Assembly (NCBI GenBank): GCA_030390025.1
Contig: CM059431.1
Location: forward strand, 122,390,001 to 122,454,000
DNA length: 64,000 nucleotides
Reading direction: 5' to 3'
DNA from: Squalus acanthias
Lineage: Eukaryota
The translations under genes were made by a program, and so were the position numbers. The notes below the pieces were generated by a model. The model was given only the letters and a program-made list of their open reading frames with translations. It was not told the DNA's origin and ran no database searches. Positions 38,161 to 50,484 of the stretch are shown here, one piece after another. The stretch's first letter is position 1. Each line of letters begins with the position of its first letter.

Positions 38161-39680
38161 TAGGCATTGGGGGTTGGGGGTGGGGGGGGGGAGGTTGGAG
38201 TTTAACTCCCTCCTCCCAGCAGAAACCAGGCAATACAGGAGTTAAAATCAAAGTGGTAGACTTATCGCTAGTTTTCTGCCCCACTGCCATCTTCCCATCA
38301 CTGACTTAATAGGCAGCTGAGTCGCCTACCTGACTCAGGCATAAGTCTCATAAATACATTTATATTGGGGTCCTATTGGGGACAAGTGTGGATTAATTAA
38401 GAAAAGCCAGCATGGATTTGTTAAAGGCAAATCGTGTTTAACTAACTTGATTGAGTTTTTTGATGTGGTAACAGAGAGGGTTGATGAGGGCAATGCAGTT
38501 GGTGTGGTGTACATGGACTTCCAAAAGACATTTGATAAAGTGTCAGATATTAGGCTTGCCAGCAAATATGGAACCCATGAAATAAAAGGGACAGTGGCAG
38601 CATGGATACAAAATTGGCTAAATGATGGAAACAGAGAGCAGTGGTAAACAGTTGTTTATTGAACTGGAGGAAGGTATACAGTGGTGTTCCCCAGGGGTCA
38701 GTACTAGGACCACTGCTTTTCCTGATATATATTAATGACTTGGCACAATTCAAAATTTGCAAATGACACAAAACTTGGAAGTATAATGAACAGTGAGGAG
38801 GATAGTGATAGACTTCAAGAGGACATAGACAGGCTGGTGGAATGGGCGGACACATGGCAGATGAAATTTAACGCAGAAAAGTGAGAAGTGATACAGTTTG
38901 GTAGGAAGAATGAGGAGAGGTAAAATAAACTAAAGGGTACAATTCTAAAGTGGGAGCATGAACAGAGGGTATATGTGCACAAATCATTGAAGGTGACAGG
39001 TCAGGTTGAGAAAGCGGTTAAAAAGCATACGGGCCCTGGGCTTCATAAATAGAGGCATAGGGCTAGAAATTCATTATAGCCAAGAAATGGGCAGTGTTTA
39101 GACTAAAAATGGTTAAGTAGCGCCACCTGAAAATCGTCTAGAATGCACACAAAATTCGTTCTCACTCCTCATTAAAATGATTGCAGTCATGATTCTCATC
39201 TAAAAACCCAAGCTCATTGGCATTACACTGAAAAGATGGACCAATATCAGGTGCAGTCTAAACTCAAATAATGATTGCTTTTTTCACTAGTTAAAGGGGA
39301 GGTTCATTGATGATGCAGCACCTCATTCTCAGCATTGTTGGGTGTGCAGCTGCCTCAACCACCATAAGAAGAAGGACAAGGAGCAGTAGCACTTATTTAC
39401 AAATCCTAATGGCAGATTGCCACCCCAGGGAGAGAGCCCAGAGGTTTTCCAATGAAGCTTTGGTGGCATTGGTTTTGGCAGTGGAGAGAAATCCTGTACC
39501 CGCCAACTGGCAGGAGGCCCTCACCACAAGTCTGTTGGACTATGTGGAGGGAGGTGGCACACCACATCACGGGCAGCACTGTGGTTCCCAGGACCCACAT
39601 CCAGTGCAGGAAGAAGTTTAATGACCTCACACAGGTGGTCAGGGTGAGTAAAGGCTTCAAGAAAGGTTACATATCACCAA

Positions 39681-39889
39681 ATAACAACAGAAAACGCTGG
39701 AAAAACTCAGCAGGCGAGGCAGCATCCGTGGAGAGAGAAACAGAGTTAACGTTTCAGGTCGAAGACCTTTCATCAGAACTGGAGACAGCAGGAAATCAAA
39801 TAGATTTAAAGCAAGGATAAAGCTGGGAAAAGGGGGAGGGGATGAAAGAACAAAAGGAGACATTAAGAGACATTAAGAGACATTGAGAG
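39681..39889 (-). mobile_element. Penelope-like 3'/pLTR fragment in the Myb intron
   Basis: Contains the hammerhead core; flanked by acatatcaccaa / acatatccccaa (12-bp TSD, 1 mismatch); (gagacattaa)x3 at the junction. Confidence 0.75.
39744..39780 (-). ncRNA. Minimal type I hammerhead ribozyme motif
   Basis: Minus strand reads AGUU CUGAUGA A AGGUC UUC GACCU GAAA CGUU AACU. Conserved core boxes, 5-bp stem II, 4-bp stem I (AGUU/AACU), palindromic loopless stem III. Confidence 0.8.
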
Positions 39890-40560
39890 ACATATCCCCA
39901 ACTGTACCACAAGCTTCACACACTGCTCAATGCACTGCACCCCCAGCACTCACCCACCAACAATCTCTACCTAGCAACACTCACACCCACATCTCACAGC
40001 TTGCACACAATGACAGCTATTCAAATATGGCAAGCACAAGGGTCATTAGTTATTAGAATTCATGTCATATGTGTGACATGTTTAGAGATACATTTATTAA
40101 GTGTGTTTGGAATATTTTGTGGTCTTTTTGTCCAGGAGGATGCTATGATACCCCATGAGACAGGAATTGTATGATGGGGATGTGCTGAGCAACTGGGATC
40201 TGGGATTTCATTCATGTGAATCGGAGTCTGATGAGCCAGTAATGGACAGCCTATCCAGAAGCCGATTGGCTTTGCTGCCTCCACCCTTCCTCCTCGTCCT
40301 CCTCCTTCTCGTTCTCCTCCTGCTTATCTTCCTCTACCTCGTCATCCTCCTGAGGTAATCCTGCAATCCATGACTGTGAGGAAGTGTTGTGAGCAGAAGC
40401 CTTTAACAAATAATGAGTGATTTCTGCATTTGAATCAACACTCCCTGTCACCAATAAAACTTGAAATAACTAGAGAGCTGTTTCAGTTGCAGGAAGTATC
40501 AAACAGGCACTGAAACTGCAAAACCCTGTCAGGTACAACTGATTGGTGATGGTGCCTTTA

Positions 40561-42929
40561 CATAGAAACATAGAAGATAGGAGCAGGAGTAGGCCATTCA
40601 GCCCCTCTAGCCTGCTCCGCCATTCAATGTGATCATGGCTGATCATCCAAATTCAGAACCCTGTCCCTGCTTTCTCCCCATATCCCTTGATCCCTTTAGC
40701 CTTAAGAAATATATCCAACTCCTTCTTGAATCTATTTAATGAATTGGCCTCTACTGCCTTCTGTGGTAGAGAATTCCACAGGTTCACCACTCTCTGGGTA
40801 AAGAAATTCCTTCTTATTTCTGTCCTAAATGGCTTACCCCTTATCCTTAGACTGTGACCCCTGGTTCTGGACTCCCCCACCATCGGGAACATCCTTCCTG
40901 CATCTAGTCTGTCCAGTCCTGTCAGAATTATATAAGTTTAAATGAGATCCCCTCTCATTCTTCTAAACTCCAGCGAGTATAAGCCCAATCAACCCAATCT
41001 CTCCTCATACGTCATTCCTGCCATCCCAGGTATCAGCCTGGTGAATCTTCGCTGAACTCCTTCCATGGCAAGAACCTCCTTCCTCAGATAAGGCGACCAA
41101 AACTGCACACAATACTCAAGATGTGGTCTCACCAAGGCCCTGTACAACTGCAGCAAGACATCCTTGTTCCTGTACTCGAACCCTCTCATAACGAAGGCCA
41201 ACATACCATTTGAGTTCTTAACCGCCTGCTGCACCTGCATGCTTACCTTCAGTGACTGGTGCACAAGGACACCCAGGTCTCGTTGCACTTCCCCTTCTCC
41301 CAATCTATTGCCATTCAGATAATAATCTGCCTTCCTGTTTTTGACACCAAAGTGGATAACCTCACATTTATCCACGTTATATTGCATCTGCCATGCTTCT
41401 GCCCAATCACTCAACCTGTCCAAATCATCCTGGAGTTTCTCTGCATCCTCCTCACAGCACACATGCCCACCCAGCTTTGTGTCATCTGCAAACTTGGAGA
41501 TATTACATCTAGTTCCCTTGTCTAGATCATTAATATATATTGTGAATAGCTGGGGTCCAAGGACTGATCCCTGCAGTACCCCACTAGTCACTGCCTGCCA
41601 CTCGGAAAAAAAACCCGTTTATTCCAACTCTTTGCTTTCTGTCTGCCAACCACTTCTCTATCCAAGTCAATACCTTGCCCCCAATCCCATGTGCCTTAAC
41701 TTTACATGCTAATCTCTTATGCGGGACCTTATCGAAAGCCTTTTGAAAGTCCAAATACACCACATCCACTGGTTCTCCCTTATCTATTTTACCAGTTACA
41801 TCCTCAAAAAATTCCAGTAGATTAGTCAAGCACGATTTACCTTTTGTAAATCCATGTTGACTTTGTCCGATCCTGTCACTGTTTTCCAAGTGCTCTTCTA
41901 TTACATCTTTTATAATGGACTCTAGCATTTTTCCCACTACCGATGTCAGGCTTACCGGTCTGTAATTCCCCGTTTTCTCTCTACCACCTTTTTTCAATAG
42001 TGGGGTAACATTAGCTACCCTCCAATCCATGGGTATTGTTCCAGATTCCATTGAATGTTGGAAGATGATCAGCAATGCATCTATTATTTCTAGGGCAACT
42101 TCCTTAAGTACCCTAGGATGTAGATTATCAGGACCTGGGGATTTATCGGCCTTCAATCCCGTCAATTTTCCTAACACCATTTCCCTACAAATACTGATTT
42201 CTTTCAGTTCCTCCCTTTCATCAGACCCTATGTTCCCTGACATCTCTGGGAGGTTATTTGTGTCCTCCCTTGTGAAGACAGAACCAAAATATGTCATTAA
42301 TTGGTCTGCCATTTCTTTGTTCCCCATTATAAGTTCCCCTGATTCTGACTGCAAGGGACCTACGCTTGACATCACCAATCTTTTTCTCTTCACATATCTA
42401 TAAAAGCTTTTACAGTCAGTTTTTATGTTCCCTTCAAGCTTCCACTCATATTCTATTTTCCCCTTCTTAATTAATCCCTTTTTCCTCCTTTGTTGAATCC
42501 TAAACTGCTCCCAATTCTCAGGTTTACTGCTTTTTCTGGCCAATTTATATGCCCTCTCCTTGGATCTTATGCTATCCCTAATTTCCCTTGTTAGCCACGG
42601 TTGAGTCACCTTTTTTGTTTTATTCTTATGCCAAAATGGGATGAACAAATTCTGTAGTTCATCCATGCGGTCTTTGAATGTTTGCCATTGCCTATCCACC
42701 GTCAACCCTTTGAGTGACATTCCCCAATCAATCCTACCCAACTCGCACCTCATACCATCCTAGTTTCCTTTATTTAAATTCAGGACCCTAGTCTCTGAGT
42801 CATCTACTGCGCTCTCCATCTTAATGAAGAATTCTATCATATTATGATCGCTTTGTCCCAAGGGGCCTCGTACAACAAGATTGCTAATTAATCCTTTCTC
42901 ATTACATAATACCCAGTCTAAGATGGGTA
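40561..42929 (-). mobile_element. 2.4-kb CR1 LINE with complete RT domain (one frameshift, one stop)
   Basis: ORFs 41584-42753, 40989-41591 and 40653-40892: NYRPVSLTS, QHGF, YLDFQKAFDKVPH, QGSVLGP, FADD. Tail (catagaaa)n; flanking repeat ttta. Confidence 0.97.
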
Positions 42930-43833
42930 TTTAAATATCGTTACTGCAGCCTGCTTCCTGCTGATAGACACCAGCTCTCCCGGTCGTTGTTCTGCACTGC
43001 CATTAAGGTAAGAGGCTATAACGAAGTTGGGAGATCAGACAGCCAGTGAGCATCGTGCACTCACTGACGTCATGAAGTCCATGATGGCGAGATCCCTGGT
43101 GATCGAGTTTACCGGCTGCGCTACTGGCAACACTGATATGGCGTGCGGTGCTGGAACCGGCATCAGTTGTTGCTACAGCTGGCAACAGCATTTTAACACA
43201 CACCACATGAATTTCTAGCCCATAGAGTTCAAAAGCAAGGAAGTTATGATGAAACTTTATAAAACACTGGTTCGCCATAACTGGTGTATTGTATCCAATT
43301 CTGGGTTCTGCACTTTAGGAAGGATGTGAAGGCCTTAGAGAGGGTGCAGAAAAGATTTACAAGAATGGTTCCAGGGATGAGGGACTTTAGTTATGTGAAT
43401 AGACTGGAGAAGCTGGGGTTGTTCTCTTTAGAGCAGAGAAGGTTGAGAGGATATTTGATAGAGATGTTCAAAATCATGAGGGGTCTGGACAGAGTAGATA
43501 GAGAGAAACTGTTCCCATTGGCAGGAAGTGTCGAAGAGCAGAGAGCACAGATTTAAGGTGATTGGCAAAAGAATAAAAGATGACATGAGGAAAAACTTGT
43601 TTACGCAGCGAGTGGTTAGGACCTGGAAATAACTGCCTGAAAGGATAGTGGAGGCAGCTTCAGTTACGGCTATCAAAAGGGAATTGGATAAGAATCTGAA
43701 GGGGAAAAAAATTGCAGGACTACGAGGAAAGGGCAGGGGAGTGGGACTAGCTGAAGTGCTCTTGCAGGGAGCTGGCACGGGCTCGACGGGCCAAATGGCT
43801 TCCTTCTGTGCTGTAACCATTCTATGATTCTAT

Positions 43834-44577
43834 GGGGGAAAAATTAGTTAGTGACCATTTTGGGTCGCTAAAATCGTCTGGGCACTAAATTTAGCGCCCG
43901 GCGAAAAATACCACCGGCGATCGCTAAATGCAGTTTTAGCGCCCCAAGAGGGAGGTGGAGTGCAAATTCAAGTGCTCCATTTCCTTCTTAGAGCGCTAAC
44001 CCCGAATATCAGGGCGGTGCGTTCTGCTGCGCTACGCACTGGGCCACGTAGCACTGCCGCATAGAAGGGCTCCTCTCCTCATTAAAGCGGAGGGCCCAAG
44101 CCCACAACTCTGCGGGGCCCTACCTGGACCACCAGGGAGCAGGGTGCCGTGCCAGCACCCCGGCACTCAAGAGAAATTCCGGGCTGCCAGATCGCAGCTC
44201 AGATCACGGGCCGCGACAAGTAAGTCGGCCGATTTTTTTTCCCACGCCCACCTCCTCCTCTTTAGTTATCGACCTGCGAGCCTCCTGCCATCTGTTCCTG
44301 CACCCTGAATCGGTCGCTGTCATCGCCCGGCGCTGATCAGGGGGTGATGGCCAATTTTGCAGCCGGGGTGAAAACGGGGCACTGCGCATGGTGATGACAT
44401 CATCATTGCCTGTGCAGCAGAGTGGGACGCTAGCGGTTACCACCGCCGCTAAACTCCCGCTGAATTTAGCAGGAGTCGTTAGCAGAACCGCGCCTGGGCA
44501 AAAATTCATCATTTGTACCCCATTAGCGCCCCCCGGGGCCGTTACCGAGAGGCGCAAATGCACCGAATTTCTAGCCC
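43834..44577. mobile_element. Harbinger MITE
   Basis: Ends gggggaaaaatt / gaatttctagccc; multiple GCGCTAA-like subterminal motifs; related to 59734-60465. Confidence 0.8.
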
Positions 44578-45207
44578 CTTGATTCTATTCTGCAGGTCGG
44601 ACCCAAAAGCCATTTTTACAGCCTACTGTGCAGAGCTAGCACCATGGAAGCTTCGCTCAGTAAAACCTGCCGGCCAAGAAGCGGATCCTCTTGTTAGCCC
44701 CCCCAAAAATAAGCTGGGCCTCTGCTGCTCTGGGCTTCCCCCTCCCCCCTTTTCAATCATAAAGCCCCCTTGCCCCAGGAATTACCTCAATGCTGGCCAG
44801 ACATCCTCCAGCCGTCCAATATTGTACTGGCTCAAATCCGACGAGCTGCATTGAGACGTCCGTTTGGGGCAGGCAGCTTGCTGGTTCTACTTAATGAGGT
44901 CGGGCCTTCGAAATAATCCAGGGCTCCCGCTGGTACCAGTCCCGATCGGACAGACGGCTGGCGAGCGCGAACATTTCTCCGGCTTACAGCCTTTCTTCCT
45001 CTCACCTAGAATCTCCAAGAATGGGTTGAGTCCACTCCCGGAAGAATGTTAGACCAGCCTCACTCTTGTATGGCTCTCCCCTCCACCGTCAGCGCTAAGG
45101 GATTTTCAGGTTTCTCTCTTATTCTCTTTTTAGGGGTGAGCCGGGGGCCAAATTATTGACAAAACCATTTAGCCTATAGAGGTTCCCCTAAAAACTCAGT
45201 GCCTAAT

Positions 45208-45633
45208 GGCACACGGTGGCATAGTGGTTAGCACTGGTGCCTCACAGCGCCAGAGACCCGGGTTCGAATCTGACCTTGGGTGACTGTCTGTGGGGAGTTT
45301 GCACATTCTCCCCGTGTCTGCGTGGGTTTTCTCCGGGTGCTCCGGTTTCCTCCCACAGTCCAAAAATGTGCGGGTTAGGTTGATTTGGCTATGATAAATT
45401 GACCCTTAGAATTAGGGGGGGATTAAATATGTGGGGTTATGGGGATAGGATGGGATATGTTAGGGGGAATTAAATACGTGGGGTTACGGGGGTAGGGTGG
45501 GATATGTGTACTGTGGGGATTAAAGCAGGGACAGGGTACTGGATTTGGATGATCAGCCATGATCGTATTGAATGGTGGAGCAGGCTCGACGGGCCGAATG
45601 GCCTACTCCTGCTCCTAGATTCTATGTTTCTAT
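45208..45633 (+). mobile_element. HE1-type V-SINE with an alternative CR1 tail
   Basis: A box tggcatagtgg, B box ggttcgaatct, V-domain gagtttgcacattctccccgtgtctgcgtgggtt; 3' part matches the 40561-type CR1 3'UTR. Confidence 0.9.
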
Positions 45634-46339
45634 GGGCTGGATTTTCATTGACCCGTGGAGGAGGGTTTGGAGGTGTGTGGGGGGTTAAAATTGCGAAAAC
45701 TGGTGGGCGGGCACAAGCCCGCCTCCATCCCACCTCCACTCAATTTTCATTAAATTGTGTCTGCTGGTCCCGACTCCGTACCGCCTCTAAGAGGCGGGAT
45801 AGGCTGTTAAGGCCCTTAACAAGCACTAAATTGCCTCTATAATGCCATTTTGAAAGGCCTTTGTGATTTTAACCCTTTTTCTACGTGAAGCATGCCTGTT
45901 CTGAACCACAAATGTGAAACCTGGCAGGAGCACATTTGGCTGGCTGGCTGGATGGCTGGCTGGCATATCTGGATGGATGGATGGATGAGGAGGAGACATA
46001 TCTGGATGGATGGATGAGGAGGAGACATATCTGGGAGTGGTGGTGCAAAAATATCTGGGAGCAGACTTAGGACTGCTGCTGCTCATTTTGCATCCAGGTC
46101 CTCTTACAACGAAGGCCAGGCAGTCTTTGCAGACCTTCAATGCAGCAGCAATGATGACATCATCAGAGGTGACTTTCAGACTGAAAACACTAATTGGTTC
46201 ATGGGTTCCCACATGCTGGAACTCAATTGTCCAATTAGGTGAAAATCGCATCAATCTCCCACATCCAATTGCAGTCGGGTGGATAACATGAAAAGTGGAT
46301 GACACGACCCCAACCCGCCCCAGTATCAAAATCCAGCCC
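45634..46339. mobile_element. Harbinger MITE with internal (TGGC)n/(TGGA)n repeats
   Basis: Perfect 12-bp TIR gggctggatttt / aaaatccagccc; flanks tat / ttt. Confidence 0.85.
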
Positions 46340-47109
46340 TTTGTCTCAATTCTTAGGTGAAAGCCCTCCCTCAAAGGAGTCTCATGTGTTTTGCCAATTT
46401 ATCTTTCTTGATTTTACATTTTGAAGGTTCCTCGATTGGAATGCATCCTATCTCTCTTTGTCTCTGTCCTCCCTGGCACAGCAAGTACAAGGTCTGACCT
46501 CATACCCTCACCATCAAGGGGCCCACGTCAGTGTTGTCTTGCTCATCCTGCCATTATCCAAACTATCTCCCTTTAATCTAACAGATTGTTCCATCCTGAG
46601 ATGGATACCTTAACTCCCCTAAATTCCTTTTATTCTATGTCTTTTATACTAATTAACTTTTAATTATCTTTGCAAGCAGTTCTATTAAGCTACCTCTGAT
46701 TCCTACCTCAGTATTATAACATGGTTATTAGTAATGATAGAATAAACGTAGGCATTGGGCCTTAGTTGGTCAAATTAGAGATACATAAACAAAGTTGAAA
46801 TTCTAACTTGAAAAAAGCAGATTGAAAGCAAGATTGTTTATGACCGTCGCAGTACAGAATGCTATAACATCCGCAGAGAAGCAAAACCCAAGCAGATTCT
46901 AAGCATCTATCTAGTTATTCTAATACTAGTCTGAAGAGACTTTTTGTCTCCAGTTCTAATACCATCATGTAAATACAGCATTATTCGCATCACAATTTTA
47001 TCTGCATAACCATATATATTTTGGACACCACTGATTTCTAACACAGTGCCGTACTGATCTGAAACAAAGTGCTCTCCAGCAGCTTTCATTTCTCGCTCCT
47101 TGCGCCCCC

Positions 47110-49314
47110 CCAAGTCAGTACTCGAGATGTTGCATCCTGTCCCGATTGCTAAGTCTGCCCCTGCACAGGTACAGGTGGAGCAGTCGTTGGCGGGTCCTCA
47201 CGGGCTCCAAGCCCACAGGTCATCTGCGAAGAGCATCTCAGCAGTCGGAGCAGGGATCTGAGCAGCCTGCCTCTACCTCAGCTCAAGCCATAGGGGTTTT
47301 ACCCTGTAGGAGCGGAAGGAAAAGGAAGAGGAAAACTTTGTAGTTGGACAAGGGTATGCACATGGGTGTATGATAAAATGCAATGTTAAGTTTATGTTGT
47401 TCAGTTAAAGCACATAAATTTCTCATCTTGCCCATTCTTGGTTGCTGGGTGTCAAGTTGCCTTTTATCTGGCTTGATGATAAATGGGAAGATATGACTTG
47501 ATGGGAACCAATGGGGGGATGTGCAGGAGGTGGTTGGTTGTTTGCAGGAATGCTTTGTGTCAGTGGCATTGCGGGGCTTGGGAAGAGTGAACGTTGCTTG
47601 TCCTTCAGACATGGGTCCACTGGTGCAACCTAAGTGAACCTTGCATTAATAAGGGCATCCCTGGCAGCAATGTAACCAACTGATGCTGTATTGTCCTCAT
47701 CGCCTTCCTCCACCTCATCTTCCTCCTCCTCTCCTCCTGGGAATCGTCCGAAGAGGATCTGCGCTCTGTGCGTTGTTCCTCCTGCAGGTCCAAACTTTGC
47801 TGCTGTGCTCTGTTGTTCAGAGCAAAGCACACCATAATCATTCCAGACACCCTGGCCGCTGCGTACTGAAGGGCACCTCTAGATCTGTCTAGGCATCTGA
47901 AGCGCATCTGTAGCATGCCGTTGGTTTGTTTGATCACACATCTGGTGGTGATATAACATTCATTGTAATGCTGTTAGGCTTCATTGGTCGGGTTTCTGAC
48001 AGGTGTCATCAGCCAATTTGAAGTGGGTATCCCTTGTCTCGCGCAGCTACCCCTTAAGTCTGCTTCCAGGTCTGAAGGTGTCAAGGAGCTGGGACTGCTG
48101 CAGGATGAAAACATCATGGTCGCTGCCCAGGAATCCTGTGCACATCTGCAGAAATATCTTTCTGTGGTTGTACACCAGCTGCACATTGATGGAGCGGAAG
48201 CCCTTGCAATTGATGAATAATCTTGGTTGATCTGTGGGTGCCCAGATTGCCACATGTGTGCAGTCGATGATGCACTTCACCTGTGGTAAGCCAGCCAGAG
48301 CCACAAACCCGAGCATCTGCTCATTCTGACTGACGTCATCACAGGCAAAGTTCACATAATTGCGAGCCCTGACAAACAAGCCATCAGTGGGCCGCTGGCT
48401 TGGAGATCTTGGATATGTCTCCGGCACAGTCCCGGAAAGATCCAGAAGCTAAAAAATAGAGGGCGGTGGTGACTTTAACAGCCACTGGTAATGCATGGCC
48501 ACCAAGTCCAGCAGGCAACAGATCTTCTTCTATGAGGTTGCAGATGTCTACTACCACCTGCCGTGACAACCTGAGTCTCCTGAAACACTGCTGTTCAAAC
48601 ATTTCAAGGAAACTCAGTCCCTGCCTGTACACCCTGTGTCGCGGGTAGTGCCTCCTGCGAGCTGCACCCCTCTGCTACTGCTCTGTCTGTTGCTCTTCTC
48701 TCTGCTGCTCCCCTCTCTGCTTTCCAGCTACACGTCTCTCAAGAGCAGGCTGCTGCTGCTACTGGCCCTGTTAGGCTGCTGCTGGTGGTCCTGTTGCTGG
48801 TCCTGCTGCTGGTGCTGTTCATATAGGTCCTCGTCTGAGGTCCAATCTAAGGCAGCCAAAGCACCACCCACCCTGCTGTGATTCTGAAAACCTTCAAAGT
48901 GTAGAAAGTAAACTCGCACCAAAAGTACTGTGAACAAACCCAGTTGCAGGTAAGAAAACTGCTGTGAGTACTGAATATTTATTGCAGTATTTCCATGAGT
49001 TTGAATCAGCCCCCTCATTTGCCATTATGTTCTCTCCTTGCTTTCAATGGTGAGTGTTCAGGAAGCCCGGGAAGCCCGTGGATGCACCATTAAACTTAAT
49101 AGTGTGTTGAAATATAGCTCCAGTTTAGCGATTAGCATATGTTAATAGGCAACCCGCCTCTCCTGAGGGGGTTGCACGCAAGTAGCCTAACGTGCTCCAG
49201 TTAAACGCAGAAGTTGGCAGGTTGGAGCCAGCTTCCCGACAGAGACATTTTTGCCGGTTTTAAAGCCCCACCCACACCCAAACCCATGCGCTTCTCCAGG
49301 TTAAAATCCCCCCC
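47110..49314 (-). mobile_element. Left-truncated, formerly autonomous Harbinger element
   Basis: Right TIR aaaatccccccc. Myb-gene C-terminus (..PCRSGRKRKRKTL*) on + to 47343, convergent with the transposase on -. Confidence 0.9.
47630..48871 (-). pseudogene. HARBI1-like DDE_Tnp_4 transposase, full length but frameshifted
   Basis: RLRLSRQ, ALPVAVKVTTALYFLASGSF, CIIDCTHVAI, FINCKGFRSINVQLV, GSDHDVFIL, DKGYP, VIKQTNGMLQMRFRCLD (catalytic E to K), acidic tail, ARDALINARFT*. Confidence 0.93.
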
Positions 49315-50484
49315 ACAGTGTCTAAATCAGGAAGTATAAGTTAGAATATTTAATTCAACATAAAGTCATGTTTAGAAAGTGACATAAAGAGAGGGGGAAA
49401 AAAGTTGGGATTAAGAGAGAGAGATAAACAAGACAGAAAGGAAAAGTTAAAAAAATTATTTAATTTTTTAAGTTTTTAAAATCTCCAACAATAATTAAAG
49501 TCTTAAGGAATGAGGCACCACACTTGCAAAAGTAAATTTTCTGTGTCAGAGAGGTTGGTTGGCGATAATTAAGACTTATCACACCGCTAAAAATTCACTT
49601 ACACTTGAATAGATGAGCCCTAACTTTTTCTGGCATGTTTAGTGGGTAGCTAGTGGGTAGGCACCGCAACCTCATGGCCTTCATGTGTTTGAATGCCAAG
49701 TCTGTCGGCGAGGTACCGGTGTAGCGAAGCTTCTGGAGGAGCGGGTCAACTTGGACAGCAACTTCATAATTTCTGCATTTAACTGTGCTTGTGTGGACGC
49801 CCATAAATTGCTGTCCGATTTGCTGCTTAATAACAGTGAGCGCTGATAGCCTCACCGTTATTCCTAACGTAAAATCCGGGCCATGGACTAATTTCACAGT
49901 AATGTTAACTTAATAGGAATTTATGTAGAGTTATTATACTGGCATGTGTTCTTCATATGGCAATCTCGGCTGTTTTTCTCTCAATTACATATTTAACTTG
50001 AGCATTCATTAGAATAGTAAGCACACCACCTGTGCAAATTTTATGTTTTTGAAATCCAAATGTGATTTTTAACTCATTTGCTTTAAATAGATGATATCGA
50101 GCCAACTCATAGCTGGCAAAATAAAGCAATTTTTTTTGGAAGTATTTCGATATAGGATTCTATAATCTCTTCCAATAAGTGAGAAATGGAGAGCTGGGTA
50201 AAAGTTTTCAAAGCCCTGATGTAATACCTTATCCCTATGTATGAAAAAATATGACTAGACAGACAAAAGGTGAAAATCAAAAATTCTTTTAGTTTTTAAT
50301 GCCTCGTCATCAGATCCTAATGACAAAACACTTTTACTTATTTTTCAATGCAGAATTGCTCTTCCTAGACTGCTGGGTATACCGGAGATGCAAATATGAC
50401 TTTTCTAAACAGACTTGAGAAAGATACCCATTCAGTAAAGAAAATGGCCATTTGACACATTTTCTGTGGAAGGGAAAATGTAAT

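Larger units (their letters stand above)
39060..43221 (+). mobile_element. Complete non-autonomous Harbinger element
   Basis: Perfect 15-bp TIR gggctagaaattcat / atgaatttctagccc; 3-bp TSD ata (39057-39059, 43222-43224). Frameshifted Myb exon 39409-39643 with donor GTGAGT; acidic transposase C-tail on minus at ~40200-40360. Confidence 0.95.
38378..43833 (+). mobile_element. CR1 LINE (38378-39059 + 43222-43833) split by a Harbinger element
   Basis: QHGF..KSCLTNLIEFF, YMDFQKTFDKV, GSVLGP motifs. The NRGIE|FKS junction rejoins across the insert; (attctatg)2 tail. Confidence 0.92.

Noticed and set aside
47630..48871. Domesticated HARBI1 gene (also 62455-63400)
   Set aside because: Multiple frameshifts and stops, mutated catalytic residues, and a TIR plus convergent Myb tail at this copy.
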